In this document: piece by piece, positions 1 to 12,953 of the stretch
Layout of the letters: each line of letters starts with the position of its first letter
How positions within the stretch are numbered: position 1 is the first letter of the stretch
Origin: Azolla caroliniana
Lineage: Eukaryota; Plantae; Polypodiophyta
Reading direction: 5' to 3'
Length of the DNA: 64,000 bases
Assembly (NCBI GenBank): GCA_043228905.1
Contig: JBHGNT010000006.1
Location: forward strand, 14,446,001-14,510,000
Position numbers and translations under genes: made by a program
Notes under the pieces: generated by a model
Databases searched by the model: none
The model's input: the letters and a program-made list of their open reading frames with translations, nothing else
What the model was told of the DNA's origin: nothing

Positions 1-1934
1 CCAACCGGGATCCGATGGGTCATCAATCAAGCCGATTCGGATGGTTCACGATATCCGATTCGATTCGGAGCAAAGGTTCTCAACGAAAGGCAACACAGAT
101 ATGCACAAGTTAAAATAGAATTATGGGGAGTCGTGTCGGCAATAAAATCTTATTGAGATTACTTAATTGGAGCTGAAGTAGTGATCGAAACGGATTGCCT
201 TCCGATACTCGGGATGATGCGGTGTTGCACGATACCAGATGTGGCTATGCTAAGATGGATTGCATATGTAAAGTTGCTTAATCTAGAGATACAACACATC
301 TCTGGAAAAGGCTACGTGGTAGCAGATATGCTATCAAGGGCACGGTTCGGAGACGGCATAGCCAAATCCGATAATGAAGAAGTTTCCGAAAACTACTTTA
401 CTTTGGAGAACATATGCCGGGTGAACGTAATCCGAGAATTCTGGGAAGAAGAATAAGAGGGAGAAAGTTTGTTGATTGGGAAAGTGCTACAAGAAATCGA
501 GGAATCATCGGACAATAAATAAAAGAGAGCCGAGATCCGAAGTAAGAAGCGTCAAATTCAAAAGTTTATCTTGAACAATGGATTAATTTGGAGGGAGTCG
601 AAAAGACTGAATGGTATACCACTACGAGTAGTCGGAACAAAAGAGCAACGAAACTGGATAATGTCCGAATTTCACGAATCCAATTGGGCTGGACATTGGG
701 GAACATGGGCAACATTTGCGAAGATCAAACTAAAATATTGGTGGAAGAATATGTACAAAGATGTAGCGGAGTTCACAGAAAGTTGTGAGAAATGTCAAAT
801 CTACTCTGGATTTTGACACCGAGATGAATTACATCCGACATTCTCACCGACAATCAACTTCAAATGGATGGTCGACATTGTGGCCATGCTAACTGGGATC
901 GGACAAAAGAAGTACTTGGTGTTAGCCCGGGAAGATCTAACAAACCAAGTAGAAGGACGGGCACTATGGAGGAAAACATGTTCCCCAGTATGCCAATTTC
1001 TCTTGGAAGAAGTATTCTGCAGGTATGGGTGCATAGGACAAGTGATTGTGGATCGGGGAGAACTTGACTTTGATAAAGCTAGGGAATTCTTCGTCAGACA
1101 TGGAGTACGGTTAACACTAACCACGACATACAATCCGGAATCCAACAGAAAGATTGACTATGGACTTGTTCAATCGTTAAAGCGCTTGCAAAAGCATGCG
1201 ACGGAAGGGTGAAGTATTGGCCGCAGATGCTTCTGTATGCACTGTGGGTGGATCACACGACGCATAGTTTCGTGACCAGTTATATGCCAGCCGAACTTAT
1301 GACCGGACAAGCACCGTTAATACCGACGAAAAACCGCAATTGCAACATGGACAGTGCTATAGTGGAAGGAAGAAATGAGCCAGGAAGAACTACTAGCGGT
1401 CTAGATGTGACAACTAGAGGGAAAACCGGAAGACATAGCGGAAGCAACACGCGGACAACAGGAAGCGCGATTCCGGAACAAAAGTCGATTCGACACAAAG
1501 CATCAACTACAGCCACGGAAGATTGAAGAAGGAGATTGGGTGATTGTCTATGAAAGTAGTTTGGATCATCAACATACAACGATAAGAAAGTTTGCTAAAA
1601 AGTGGTTCGGGCCATACGAGGTTCAGAAAGTTTTCGACAACAGAACTTACTGACTATGCGAGTTGGATGGAACAATACTACGAGTGCCTATAGTTTGGAA
1701 ACGGGTGAAGATTTTCAAGAAGCGGACTAACGATGAACCTTACGTAAGCTTAGACAAGACCGACAACAAGGAGCAATCAGACAAAGATCGCGGTGATGCG
1801 GAAAGCGAAGAAAGTGGACTACAATTGATAATCGACATAAGGGGAGAATCGGAGAGTGCTACGAATGAAGGCGAATAACAAGCATCGGGAACTTCGGCAC
1901 ATACCGGAGGATGTGCGGGTTCAGAGGGGGCAAG
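1..1934 (+). mobile_element. Ty3/gypsy pol 3' part (RNase H, integrase, C-terminal tail), degenerate; runs off the left edge
   Basis: ORF fragments IETDCLPILG..RWIAY..VADMLSR (RNase H), H..WAGHWG..YWW..C..C (integrase zinc finger), WMVDIVAM..VIVDRGE..YNPESN (integrase core), WFGPY; many stops and frameshifts; PPT-like AGAGGGGG at ~1923-1930. Related to the gypsy at 57637-60500. Confidence 0.9.
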
Positions 1935-2650
1935 TGTCCTAGTGTAATTCGCACACTACATGAAATATGTAAAAAATATATCCGATTTAAGTTTGCATAA
2001 ATAAATAAAAGAAAATATTAAAAATATTGTTACATGCATAAGGCAAGATTTAAACCATGTACCTCCATGTAAACAAACCCAAACTTTACCATTGTACTAA
2101 CTTATCATAAGTGATCTAAATATAGATTTAATAGGTATAAAAGTTATATTTACGCCTATTTTGACAAAAAAAAAGTAAATCATGCACTTTTAGAGTGTGT
2201 GAAAACTTTATTTGGAAGAAAAATGCAAACCAATTACTCATGCACATCTAGTGTGCATGAGCACTATATTTAGGAAATAAAAAAGCATGGTTGAAAAAGG
2301 CAACTCATGCACATCTAGTGGGCATGAACACTTTAGGAAAAAGCATGATGTTATGCTTAGGCTCTTCCATCACTATATAAGGAAGAGAGAAAAGATGTAT
2401 ATGGTTGTTGATTTTTTATAAGGGTTGATTAATATAAAATATTCGTGGGATTCATGATTTTGCCATCTATTTTTCTCTTACGATCTAAGTATCAATTAAT
2501 ACACTATACTCGTGGGATTCACGAGTTTCATATCTTCATCTTGCAATCTATTCATAACAAACTTTATCTCATATTCTTCTTTCTCCTAGTCCAAAACCTC
2601 AGCGGTTCCCACTCGACTCACGCAATGATCCGAAGCGAAAGGCCCGATAA
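1935..2650 (+). repeat. 3' LTR of the left-edge gypsy element (right end approximate)
   Basis: TG start just after the PPT; AT-rich U3 with palindromic CATGCA repeats; TATA (CTATATAA ~2374); U5 resembles the end of the LTR at 50060-50126. Confidence 0.65.
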
Positions 2651-2681
2651 TGTAAGCTTGTCAAACCGATTGCATGGAATG

Positions 2682-3810
2682 AACCGATGCTAGTGATTAT
2701 GCTATTGGTGCCGTTCTTTATCAAGGCGGTCACCCTATTGCTTTTGAAAGTAAGAATCTTGATGCTACTCAATCTTGGTATTCAGTTCAAGAGAAAGAGT
2801 TGTTTGAGGTAATACATGCACTTAAAACTTGGAGGCACTATCACTATGGAAATAAATTTGTGGTTACAACAGACCATCAATCATTGAAGTATTTTTGTGA
2901 CCATCTAGATCTTGTTGGTCGTAAAGGCCGTTGGGCTGACCTTATGCAAGATTTTGATTTTTCCATACGGTATCGCAAGGGTTCTATGAACACCGTTGCA
3001 GATGCTCTTAGTCGCATTAAAGAAGTTAACATGCTTAGCTTCACGGAAATAAAATCTAATCTTTTACATCACCTTCCAGGGAAATACCTTTATGCTAGTT
3101 TACCTCGTACACAAAGGGATCATGATGCCATTTGGGTTGTCGTTGACTAATCAACAAAATTGGCTAGATTTATTCCTACCAAAACCACGGTAACCGCTCA
3201 ACAATTGGCTTATCAATTTGTTGATGAGTTATTTCGTTTTTATGGATTACCGATGGATATTGTTAGTGATTGAGATTCCAAGTTTATTAGTGACTTTTGG
3301 ACTCAGGTCTCTAAGAAGCTAGAAACTACATTGAGCATGAGTTCCGCAGATCATCCTTAGTCTGATGGACAAACTGAACGAGTTAATCAAATTATTGCTG
3401 AAAAACTTTGATCTTATGTAGCAAAAACCCCTTCTAAGTGGGAGCAATACCTTCCTATCTTAGAATTTGCCTATAATAGCTCTAAACATACATCCACTGG
3501 ATATAGTCATTTTATGTTGATGTATGGTTTTCAGCCACGTGCCCCAGTCGATGTCACAATTCATCGTGATACATTAGACAGTACACACAATTTTTTGCAA
3601 GACATGAACCAAATGTTGCATATTGCCAAAGAAAATGTCAAGACAACTCAAGATCGTGATCGATTTTATGCTGATTAGGAGAGACATCCTTGTGCATTTA
3701 CTATTGGTCAAAAAGTTTTTTTGCTTGTCCCTACTAACTCTACGTCATTGTCTACGGGCAAGTGCGATAAGTTAGCCCCACAATTTTGTGGCCCATTTGA
3801 AATCCAATGA
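2682..3810 (+). mobile_element. Ty3/gypsy RNase H-integrase remnant with internal deletion
   Basis: TDASDYAIGAVL..HPIAFES, TTDHQSLKY, NTVADALSR, then DAIWVVVD, DIVSD.DSKF, DGQTERVNQ, EFAYNSS; multiple stops. Confidence 0.88.
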
Positions 3811-3839
3811 ATGAAGACCCTTTTAGAAAGACACATCTA

Positions 3840-4130
3840 TTCAAGGGGCCTAGGAAAAGGTATAAATATGAGGCTTAGCTACCCTCTTAAGCACATTACG
3901 TCGGAAGGCTACTGTCTTAGACACCGGTGGTGCGGGCTAGGCTTTCGTCTCGACGATCGTGTTTATCTCTTCCAAGGTATTAGTCATCCTAATATCCGAC
4001 GGTATGGGACGGCGGTGGTTGGTTGGCTATGTCTAGATCATAGCTCGGGGGTGGTCGGGTGGAACGGGTTCTTCTATCCAATCTATTTTGCTTCCTTTAC
4101 TTTACTTTGGTCTATTGATTAGTAATAGAC
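3840..4130 (+). repeat. LTR remnant related to the LTR at 46801-47570
   Basis: Shares TATAAATATGAGGC(T/C)TAGCTACCCTC and CTCG(G/A)GGGTGGTCGGGTGGA with 47285-47475. Confidence 0.55.
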
Positions 4131-4139
4131 TCTTAATAT

Positions 4140-5689
4140 AGTGTTCTAGACACGCATTGGGAAAGTGCCGGGTAAACTCCGATTCCAGTGGACGGGTTCG
4201 TATTGGATAATCAACATTGAAAAAAACACCTTCGAGCTCAGCATTCTTACCAGGGAAATTTTATGATAAAAGTTCAACGAATTATGACTAAAACCCTACT
4301 TAGGACCCACACCCCCAAATCCATTCAAAAACGTCGCGGAGTTAATGCGTGAAAACGCCGAACCACTGCTTGCCAAATCAATCTCGGGCGGTGGACCCAA
4401 TCCCCCATTAATACAAACCTCACTGTGTAATAGTGTAATATTAATGTAACATATTATTAACAACCATTACCATTAGGTATGAGATGGAAGAAAAAACAAG
4501 AAAAAGAAAAAGAAAAAGGCACTCAGATCTATATATTTAAAGATCTTGCATGTAGGCGCACAACCCAAGAAAGCAAGTACCCTCTACAGTCGCATGCCTG
4601 GACAACATGGATTGCAGAATCTTGAACACTAGCATTCCCACCTCACAAAAAATTAATTTACGCCATTTCTCTAACCCTACACAACTCCGAAGCTCCCATC
4701 ATTCCCATCACTCTCCTCGCTCTACTTGCTCAGAAAGACTTTCACATCCTCGCTACCCCTCATCTGCACGCTCCCCTCGCTCTTCACACAACACAAACAA
4801 CCCTTCTGTGCAAACACATGCTGAGACAGCCATGCCGATCGACATCTCAACTGCTCTATGACGATGGCTCCATGACCACAGATTTGCCGGATACATTAGA
4901 GTAATGGACCCGCCCCACCCCAACTCCCACGAAATGGCGAAGCAAATCAATGTGGACATGATCACGAATGCCACGATCCGAAAAAAGTTGGGCCTGATCC
5001 CTCCCACCGAGGTCCTTGAATAGTATTTTGGTCAATACTCACTCTCTGCAAACGTGTACAAGACACAGGATGCCCCCGATCCTTTCTTTCGCGAGATCGC
5101 CATGTTCCTAATAGAATAGGCTTGCATGAACCCCAATGTTTATGGGATGCCCAAACAGAAGGCTTGAATCATCATATCGACCTTCGAAGGCCACACCATC
5201 AACTGGGGAGTCATCACAAGGCCATCCTTGCGTGAAGGATTCCATGCCTTCTAGGCTGGTAAGAAGCTTCGCCCAATCATCCAATAATATTTCAAAATAT
5301 TGTTCTCCTCACCGGCCCTACGAGATATGGGCTCGTTCGAGCCATCGCCAGCGGCGTGTTAGCCGAAGCGGCGTCTTGAAGAACTCAAGACTACAGAATG
5401 GGAGGAGGAAGGAAGCACCTGTGCACCCGAACATGAGGAAAGAGAGATGATTGAGCGAGCCATGGCAGGAGTACTAGAGAGAGAAGATGAACGCGCATTA
5501 GGAAAATTCGGACGTATGAGGAATATAGACGAAGACCGTGCCGAAATCCAGCTTTCGTCATTGAATACTGCTTAGTCAAGCTCCACAGGGAGTTAGCCAC
5601 AGTGCGAGTCGGAGGCAAGGATATGGTCTACAAAAACAAGACTGCAAAGAAGGCCGAAAAGTATGCCAAGCAACATCTTGAAGAGGCCT
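4140..5689 (+). mobile_element. Non-chromoviral gypsy 3' region: integrase tail plus degenerate extra ORF (from ATG 4832)
   Basis: GKLRFQWTGSYWIINIEKNTFEL at ~4170-4240 resembles the Athila/Tat-type integrase C-terminus; after an AT/CT-rich spacer, a protein-like frame MPIDISTAL*RWLHDHRFAGYIRVMDPPHP... is interrupted by scattered stops. Confidence 0.55.
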
Positions 5690-8600
5690 GAAGTTCGACT
5701 TCACTGGAAAGGACACGCTCACGGACGAAATGGTAATGCACCTCAATGTGCTTGGTCCATGCGTGGAAAATGGGGTTCTTCGCGAGCTGGATGTTGTTGA
5801 GGTTGTCGCAGTAGATCGTCGTCGAATTTGACACCTCCACCTGCAGGTCCTTAAGTAGCCGCTTCAACCATATGGCTTCGCATGTCGCGACAGCCACTCC
5901 TCGGTACTCAGCTTCGGTGCTCGACAGTGCAACTATCGGCTGCTTCTTACTGCTCCACGCGATCGCGGCACTCCCGAGGGAGAACGCGTATCCGGACGTG
6001 GATCAGCAATCGGCGGCGTTGCCAGCCCAATCAGCATCGGTGTAGCCGACTAACTACGCGGCAGCACCGGTCCGATATAGCAGTCCCCGGTCCTTAGTGC
6101 CGTTGACATACTGAAGTATGCGTTGCGCACACTGAAGGTGCTCCTCGGTAGGTCATGCCATGAACTGACTGATCACCCCGACCGGATAATTGAGGTCGGG
6201 TCGGGTGATGGTCAAGTATATGAGGCTTCTGACAATTTGTCAGAACCTCGTCAGGTCGCATACCTTTCCCGTATCGGGACGAAGCTTGACGGTTCTGTCT
6301 AGAGGAGTCGAGACGGACTTACAATCGGCCATCCCGAATTTGAAGAGCATACTCAGCACGTAATGACGTTGGCTGATCAATATGCCTTCGGGGGTACGGA
6401 TCACTTCGATCCCGAGGAAGTAATGAAGGTCCCCCAGATCCTTCATGTCGAATGATGCCGCAAGTTGGAGCTTCACGCGGTCGATTTCACCTAGGTCGGC
6501 GCCGGTGATGACCAAGTCATCAACATATAGTAGAATACTAACCGGCTACTCGCCGAGTCTCCACTACTCACCGGCTCTTCATCGGACTGGTCGTACCGAC
6601 TCAGTCGTCCAATCGGTCCACTTAACCGGAGTGAAATCGGACTTTCTTCGCGGGTCTCGATTTTGGGCTCATCCGGAGGCATCTCGGCCTTGCTGACCTC
6701 ATCGTCAGAGCTCGGATTGGAGTCGAGGTTCGTAGTCGGGGGCAGGTACCAGGACGCGGACTCGTCAAACACAACGTCGCGGCTGACACGCGCTTGTTTG
6801 GTGCGAGGGTTATAGCACTTATAACCCTTCTGCTCGTTCGAGTAACCGACCAAGATGCATTTCTCGGCCTTTGCATCCAGCTTCCTCCTTTTCTCCTTCG
6901 GTATATGCACATACGCAATGCTACCGAACACCCTCAAGTGTCACAAGTTCGGCTTCGTTCCGAAATATAGCTCGTGCGCCGACACTTTGTCTCCGATACG
7001 GTTCTGGATGTATACCGCGGTCCTTACCGCCTCGGCCCAATAGAACTTGGGCAAGCTCTTCTCCTCCAGCATTGCCCGTGCCGCTTCCACAACTGACCGA
7101 TTCTTTCTCTCGGCCACGCCGTTCTGCTCCGGCGTGTATCTATAACTGAATTCGCGGCGAATTCCCATTTGTTGTAGGTAACCGTTGAATTGACCGGAAA
7201 AGTACTCTTTCCCGCCATCCGACCGTAGACACTTGATCTTCCGTCCCATTTCCGTTTCCACGAACCCTTTGAGGTCCCGGAAACAGTCGAAGACCTCGCT
7301 CTTCCTCTCAATAAGGTAGATCCATGTGTGTCGCGTGTGGTCGTCGATGAAGGAGACGAAGTATCGGCTCCCGCCAAGACTAACGTTTTGTGTCGTTCCC
7401 ATACATCGGAGTGTATAAGGTCGAGCTTGTTCCGGCTCCGGTTTCGCTCGTTGGGGAAAGGAAGTCGGTGTTGCTTCCCGAGCTGGCAGGCTTCACAAAT
7501 TTGTGCCTTTCGGCCACTAAATTTGGGCAATCCGAACACTACCTGTTTCGATTGTAGATCTTGAAGCCGCTGGTGGTTGACGTGGCCTATCCGCTTGTGC
7601 CATAAGTCGATGTCCGACTCGGATTTTTGTCCCTTCGCGAACATTGCGGTGCCGCTGTCAGTGGAGTCGAGGATGAACATCCTCCCATCTCTGCGCCCTT
7701 GCGCAATCACACGGCCTTCTTCCTCAATGAAGCACCCGAGGTGTGTAAACCGAACCTCCATCCCTTGGTCGACGATCTGTCCGATCGAGACCAAGTTTTT
7801 CGTGATTGTCGGAACGTGCAGCACGTTCATGAGTTTCCCTTTCTGCCCGACATGGCTAAGGGGAACTTCTCCGACATTCGCGATCGGATGCGGAGTGTCG
7901 TCTCCTGTTGCGACTACTCCAGGTTGTATCGGTTTTCAAGGTACGAGAACCACTCCTTATGGCTCGTCATGTGCTTTGACGCGCCGGAGTCTACGTACCA
8001 CACCTCGTCCGATCTTGGGGTGCTCTGTTTCATTGAGTTTGCTTTGTGTCTCGACACGAAGGCAGACCCTTCTCCGGCTCTCCCGGAGTCATCGGCGTTG
8101 TGCGATTGCTGCCGATTTCCCTTGTCGGTATGTTTGGAGCCGTTTCTCTCCGAATCAACGCGCTTCTTCCAGCACTCACTTTCCCTGTGGCCTTTCTTGC
8201 CACAGTACCAGCACTCCGCGATGGCCTTCCCTTGCCGGTTCTCATCACTTCGACTCCCCCTGTTTTCGAAGGGTCCAGAGTTGCTGTCGGCATCACTTCG
8301 GTGCCTTCTTCCTTGATCTCGTCGGCCGCCTCCATTGCGCGCCGACTCGCCTCGTCCTCCACGTCCACGAGGCCTGTCTCCCTCTGTGTACAACATTCTG
8401 CTGTCGGTGTGCGTGCTTGTAGATGCACCCGCGTGGTTCTCCTCTACCAGGAGCATCGATTGTAAGTCGAAAAAGGACGGCGTATTCTCCTGGGTACACA
8501 CAGCCGTTCGGAACGCTCCGAACTTTGACGCCAAAACTCCGAGACAGATCTGGACCATCTCGCTCTCCTCGATGTTCACCTCTATGGAGGCGAGGGAGTC

Positions 8601-9445
8601 GCAGATATCCTTGATCTTCGAGGTATAGTCCGCCACCGACAAGTCGCGTTGTCGTAGGTTGCTCAACTCCTGTCGGAGCTGAAGCTTCCTGGCTGTGGTG
8701 CTCGCGGCGAAAATCTTCTTCAGATTTTCCCACGCACCCTTCGGCGTCTTTGCATCCCAAACATAGCTCAATAGTTGTTCGCCCACACACGACGCGAAGC
8801 AGTATAATACCCTGCTCGCCGATTGCTCCCACGACGGAAAGTCTCTGTGTGTCGATTTGGGTGCCGCGTCATTAGCTCCTTCGACATAACTCCAGTAGCC
8901 GCGCCCGAGCAGGTACTGGTGCATCTTGTAGGACCAGGACGCGTAGTTGGTTCTGTCGAGCTTCTCTATTGGAAGCGAGCTCGCCATGCCTCTATCCATC
9001 GTTCTTCTTGTTCTTCTTCGTCAAGCTGTGTCGGCTGCAGAGAGGTTCTCAACCCTCGCGCTCTAATACCATGTAAAAAGTAGCGTGCGGAAGCAAGTAT
9101 AAAGACAGAACAGAAGGGAGAACACTCAGGTTTAATGGAGAGCTTGAGCTTACACAGTATACGCGGGAGAGACCGAGAGAGTTGGAGAGAAGACACCAAG
9201 GGAACAATGTATATTGAAAGACAAAAAACTATACATATATGTGTTCAATGAACACTTTGTACAAGCCCTAGAAGGACTGATTGGAGTACTAACAGTACTT
9301 CAATGCTCATTAAGAGCTCCTACACTAACTCCCAAATATATTCCTCACGGAATATCTTTCCTAACGGCCTAACCGATCGGTCCCAGCCGATCCGGTCCTC
9401 GGCTTCTTCAGCCGATCCAGCCGATGTTGAGCTTGTCTCTCAACA
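5690..9445 (-). mobile_element. Ty1/copia family A, copy 1 (5' LTR, gag-PR-IN, partial RT, RNase H; 3' end lost; ~860-bp internal deletion)
   Basis: Gag with CWYCGKKGHRESEC knuckle, WYVDSGAS protease, GAG-pre-integrase and integrase core (RSDGGKEY, PEQNGVAER), RNase H; colinear with 51305-56987 in the opposite orientation. Confidence 0.95.
9072..9445 (-). repeat. 5' LTR of copia A copy 1, followed by an iMet-type PBS (TGGTATTAGAGC, 9060-9071)
   Basis: TGTTG...TTTACA termini on the minus strand; homologous to the 395-bp LTRs at 51305 and 56593, with a ~20-bp deletion. Confidence 0.92.
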
Positions 9446-12400
9446 GGAAGTCTTCAAGAAGAGCACGAGCATTGGTGACATTCTCTATCGGTTCCCAAGT
9501 ACGCTCGCTAGGACTATATCCTAGCCAATCGACTAGATAGTAGAGCTTGTTGCGAACAAACTTGGAATCAAGGATGGCAGCAACCTCGTACTCAGGTCCA
9601 TCTTCAAGCTCGATCGGGGGTGGAGGCTGTGTAATATGGCTTGGGATGGTGCTCTCTTGATAGGGTTCGAGGAGAGAACTATGAAACACCGGATGTATCC
9701 GAAGTTGTGGAGGTAGATCAAGACGAAAAGCGACATCATTAATCTTTCCTATAATACGGAAAGGACCTAATCGCCGATAATCCAACTTCTCGCATGGGCG
9801 AGTAGTCTTGATGTGTCGTCGGAGTAGCCATACCCGATCTCCAATGTTAAAACTAGATGGGAGTCAATGACAATCCGCATAAACCTTGTGTGTTTGTTGA
9901 GCTTGTTGGAGATGAGTAGACAAATCTGCTTGTATCTTGCGTAACCTCTCCAAACGATCCTCTGCGCAAGGATTTGTGGACACCTCTGGGGTTTCAAGTA
10001 CACACCACCAGGGGTGACATCCCGCATAAGCATAAAATGGCGTAACTTTCATGGATGCGTGGATAGAGTTGTTATAGGCAAATTCGGCGAAGTGGAGAAT
10101 ATTCGCCCAGTCATCCTGATGATAGCTGAGAAAGCACCGCAGATACTGCTCCAGTGTTTGATTGATTCGTTCGGCTTGGCCGTCGGTTTGTGGGTGGTAG
10201 CCGGAGGAGAGGTTACAACTGACCTTGAGCATGTTAAAAAGGTGCTTCCAGAATTTTGACACGAACTGGGGTCCACGGTCGCTGATGATACTATTGGGAA
10301 GTCCATGATGCCGACATACTTCACGCATGACAATTTCAGCAATGTCTTCACTGGAGATCTCCTTAGTACATGGCAAGAAATGAGCCATCTTCGTATCTCG
10401 ATCGACCACTGTTAGAATCGCATTGAACCCCTTAGAGACTAGAAGATTTGTGATGAAGTCTAGAGCAATGGACTGCCACGGCTTGCTTGGAATTGGTAAT
10501 GGTTCTAATAAACCATATGGATGATGCCTTGGCATTTTCGCTCTGCAGCATGTATCACAAGTCCGAACAAAATCCTCGACAAATTGTCGCATATAGGGCC
10601 ACCAGAATGATCGTTGTACTAAATGTAGTGTTTTAGTACTACCAAAATGCCCAGCTGTATATGTGTCATGAAAGTTTTGTACTACTTGAAGGCGGTAAGA
10701 ACCATTAGGAACATACAAAAGTTCTTTAAAGAAGAGTAATCCATCATGGTATTTGAATTGTCGATAGTCCGTACCTGGTGGTTGCGACTGTGAACACGAC
10801 ACTCGAGAGGGATCAATTTGTGCTAGTATAGCTTGGGCGAACGCATCTGTCTTCAAGTCTTCGCGTATGGTATCGATAACGCGGGAATCCATGGGCATGT
10901 CAAAGATCTGTGTTGCTTGTAGTCGTGCCGGTCCCAAGATGACTTGTTTTTGGTTATCGAAAGCTGGCTCGCCGGGACGGGGTGCTAGATACGAACGCCG
11001 TGATAATGCATCTGCCTTCCCTTGGTGCTTCCCCGGACGATATGTAATTTTGAAGTCGAAACGCGTGAGGAAGTGGGCCCACCGAGCTTGACGTCGATTC
11101 AACACACGAGCATCCTGAAAGTAGGCAAGGTTCTTGTGGTCACTAAATACGGTGACCGGATGAGAGGATCCCTCCAGAAAATGCCTCCATTGCATAAAAG
11201 AATCCACTATTGCCAATAGCTCCTTATCATGAATTTCATAGTTGATTTCGGCAGCGTCAAACTTGCGTGAGTGAAAAGCCACAGGATGTAGCTTCTCATC
11301 ATTCCCCTGTTGTGACAGAATGCTCCCCAATGCAAAATCCGATGCGTCAGCTTCGATAATGAATGGTTTTTCCGGATCGACATGAGCTAGAATTGGAGCC
11401 GAGGTAAATGCCTTTTTAAGACTCTCGAAAGCCACATCCGTTTCTTCAGACCAGATGAACAGTTGTCCCTTCCTGGTAAGTTGTGTGAGAGGTAGAACGA
11501 TCTTTGAGTAATCTTGTATGAACTTCCGGTAAAAATTGGCAAAGCCTAGGAAACATTGCACATCCCGCACCGAACGCGGAGTCTGCCATTCTACCACCGT
11601 TTTGACCTTAGCTGAGTCCAAGGAGATGCCTTTTGACGAAATGATGTAGCCGAGAAATTCCACTTGGTTGCATCCGAAACTACATTTTTCCAGCTTTGCA
11701 TACAGACCATGTTCTCGAAGTCGTTTTAGTACTAATAGTACATGAGAATCATGTTCTTCTTGGGTCTTTGAATAAACCAGTAGATCATCCAAATAGATGA
11801 TCAAACAATCATCCAAAAGATCTCGGAATATATCATTAGCCATGTGCTGGAAGACTGTCGGTGCATTAGTGAGGCCGAACGGCATGACTGTATACTCGAA
11901 GTGCCCATATCTGGTGCGAAACGCGGTCTTCCATTCGTCTCCTGGTCGGATCCGTACGAGGTTATATGCTCCCCGTAAGTCAATCTTCGTGAAGAACCTG
12001 GCACCATTGATCCATTCTAAAAGACTTGAGATAAGGGGAAGAGAATACCTATTCCTGATTGTAACCTTATTCAGGCCACGGTAATCTACAACGAGATGAA
12101 GCGATCCATCCTTTTTCTTGACGAAGAAAATGGGCGCGCCCGCTGGAGATTTCGAATGCCGGATGAAACCATTTTCCAAATTCTCCTCTATATAGGCCCG
12201 AAGGACTTCCAGCTCGGTTGGTGACAAATTGTAGATCGGTCCCCATGGTGGCTCTTTTCCCAGTTGTAAATCGATGGGGCAATCGTACGGTCGATGATGA
12301 GGAAGTGTGTTGGCTTGTACTTTATCGAACACATCGGCATAATGACGATACTTCTCGGGAAGTTGAAAGGTGGATTCTTCTTTAGTGGTGCTGGAGGGGT

Positions 12401-12953
12401 TTACTGATATTGCAAAGAGGAACATTTCCTCTTTGTGCCCTTCTTTACGCAATTGACGTAGCGAAATGGTTGCCATCTTCTGAGTTGACCCTTGGGTTTG
12501 TCGACACCAGATTTCCCTTGTTCTCCAATCTATGTCTGGGTTATGTAACTCGAACCACGGTAATCCTAAAACTATGGGATGTTCTGGGATACTAATAATA
12601 TTAAATGATACTACACATGCTAAGTTATCTAGGACAATATTAATGGGCTCTGACTCTTCTATGATATTTTCGGAAGCAATGGGACGTCCATCAATGACTA
12701 CTACAGAGGTTGGACACTAGAGTTTTCTTAGGGATATCTTATGAGCTTGAGCAAATTTCTTATCCATAAAGCAAGAGTTAGCTCCAGAATTTAGGAGTGC
12801 TAGGACATGTACTGGAGGGGTACTTTTAGTACTAACTATTACTTGGGCTACGAACACATCACTAACTTGCTTAGAGGGAATGGAACCACTAATGGGTTGC
12901 ACAGATCTAGGGTTGTCCAACCAAACGGCTCCTATTTTGGCTGGACTTAGTCG
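9446..12953 (-). pseudogene. pol: Chromovirus pol in the -1 frame relative to gag; premature stops at 12717 and 9864
   Basis: ORFs 12717-12920, 9864-12476 and 9408-9785 share one frame, separated by single stop codons. Confidence 0.88.

Noticed and set aside
7328-8628. Long + strand ORFs (281, 229, 139 aa) and their counterparts at 52157-53594
   Set aside because: Antisense shadows of GC-rich copia gag-pol; no independent motifs.
9408-9445. C-terminal LLRDKLNIGWIG as part of the chromodomain
   Set aside because: These codons come from the inserted copia LTR, not the chromovirus.
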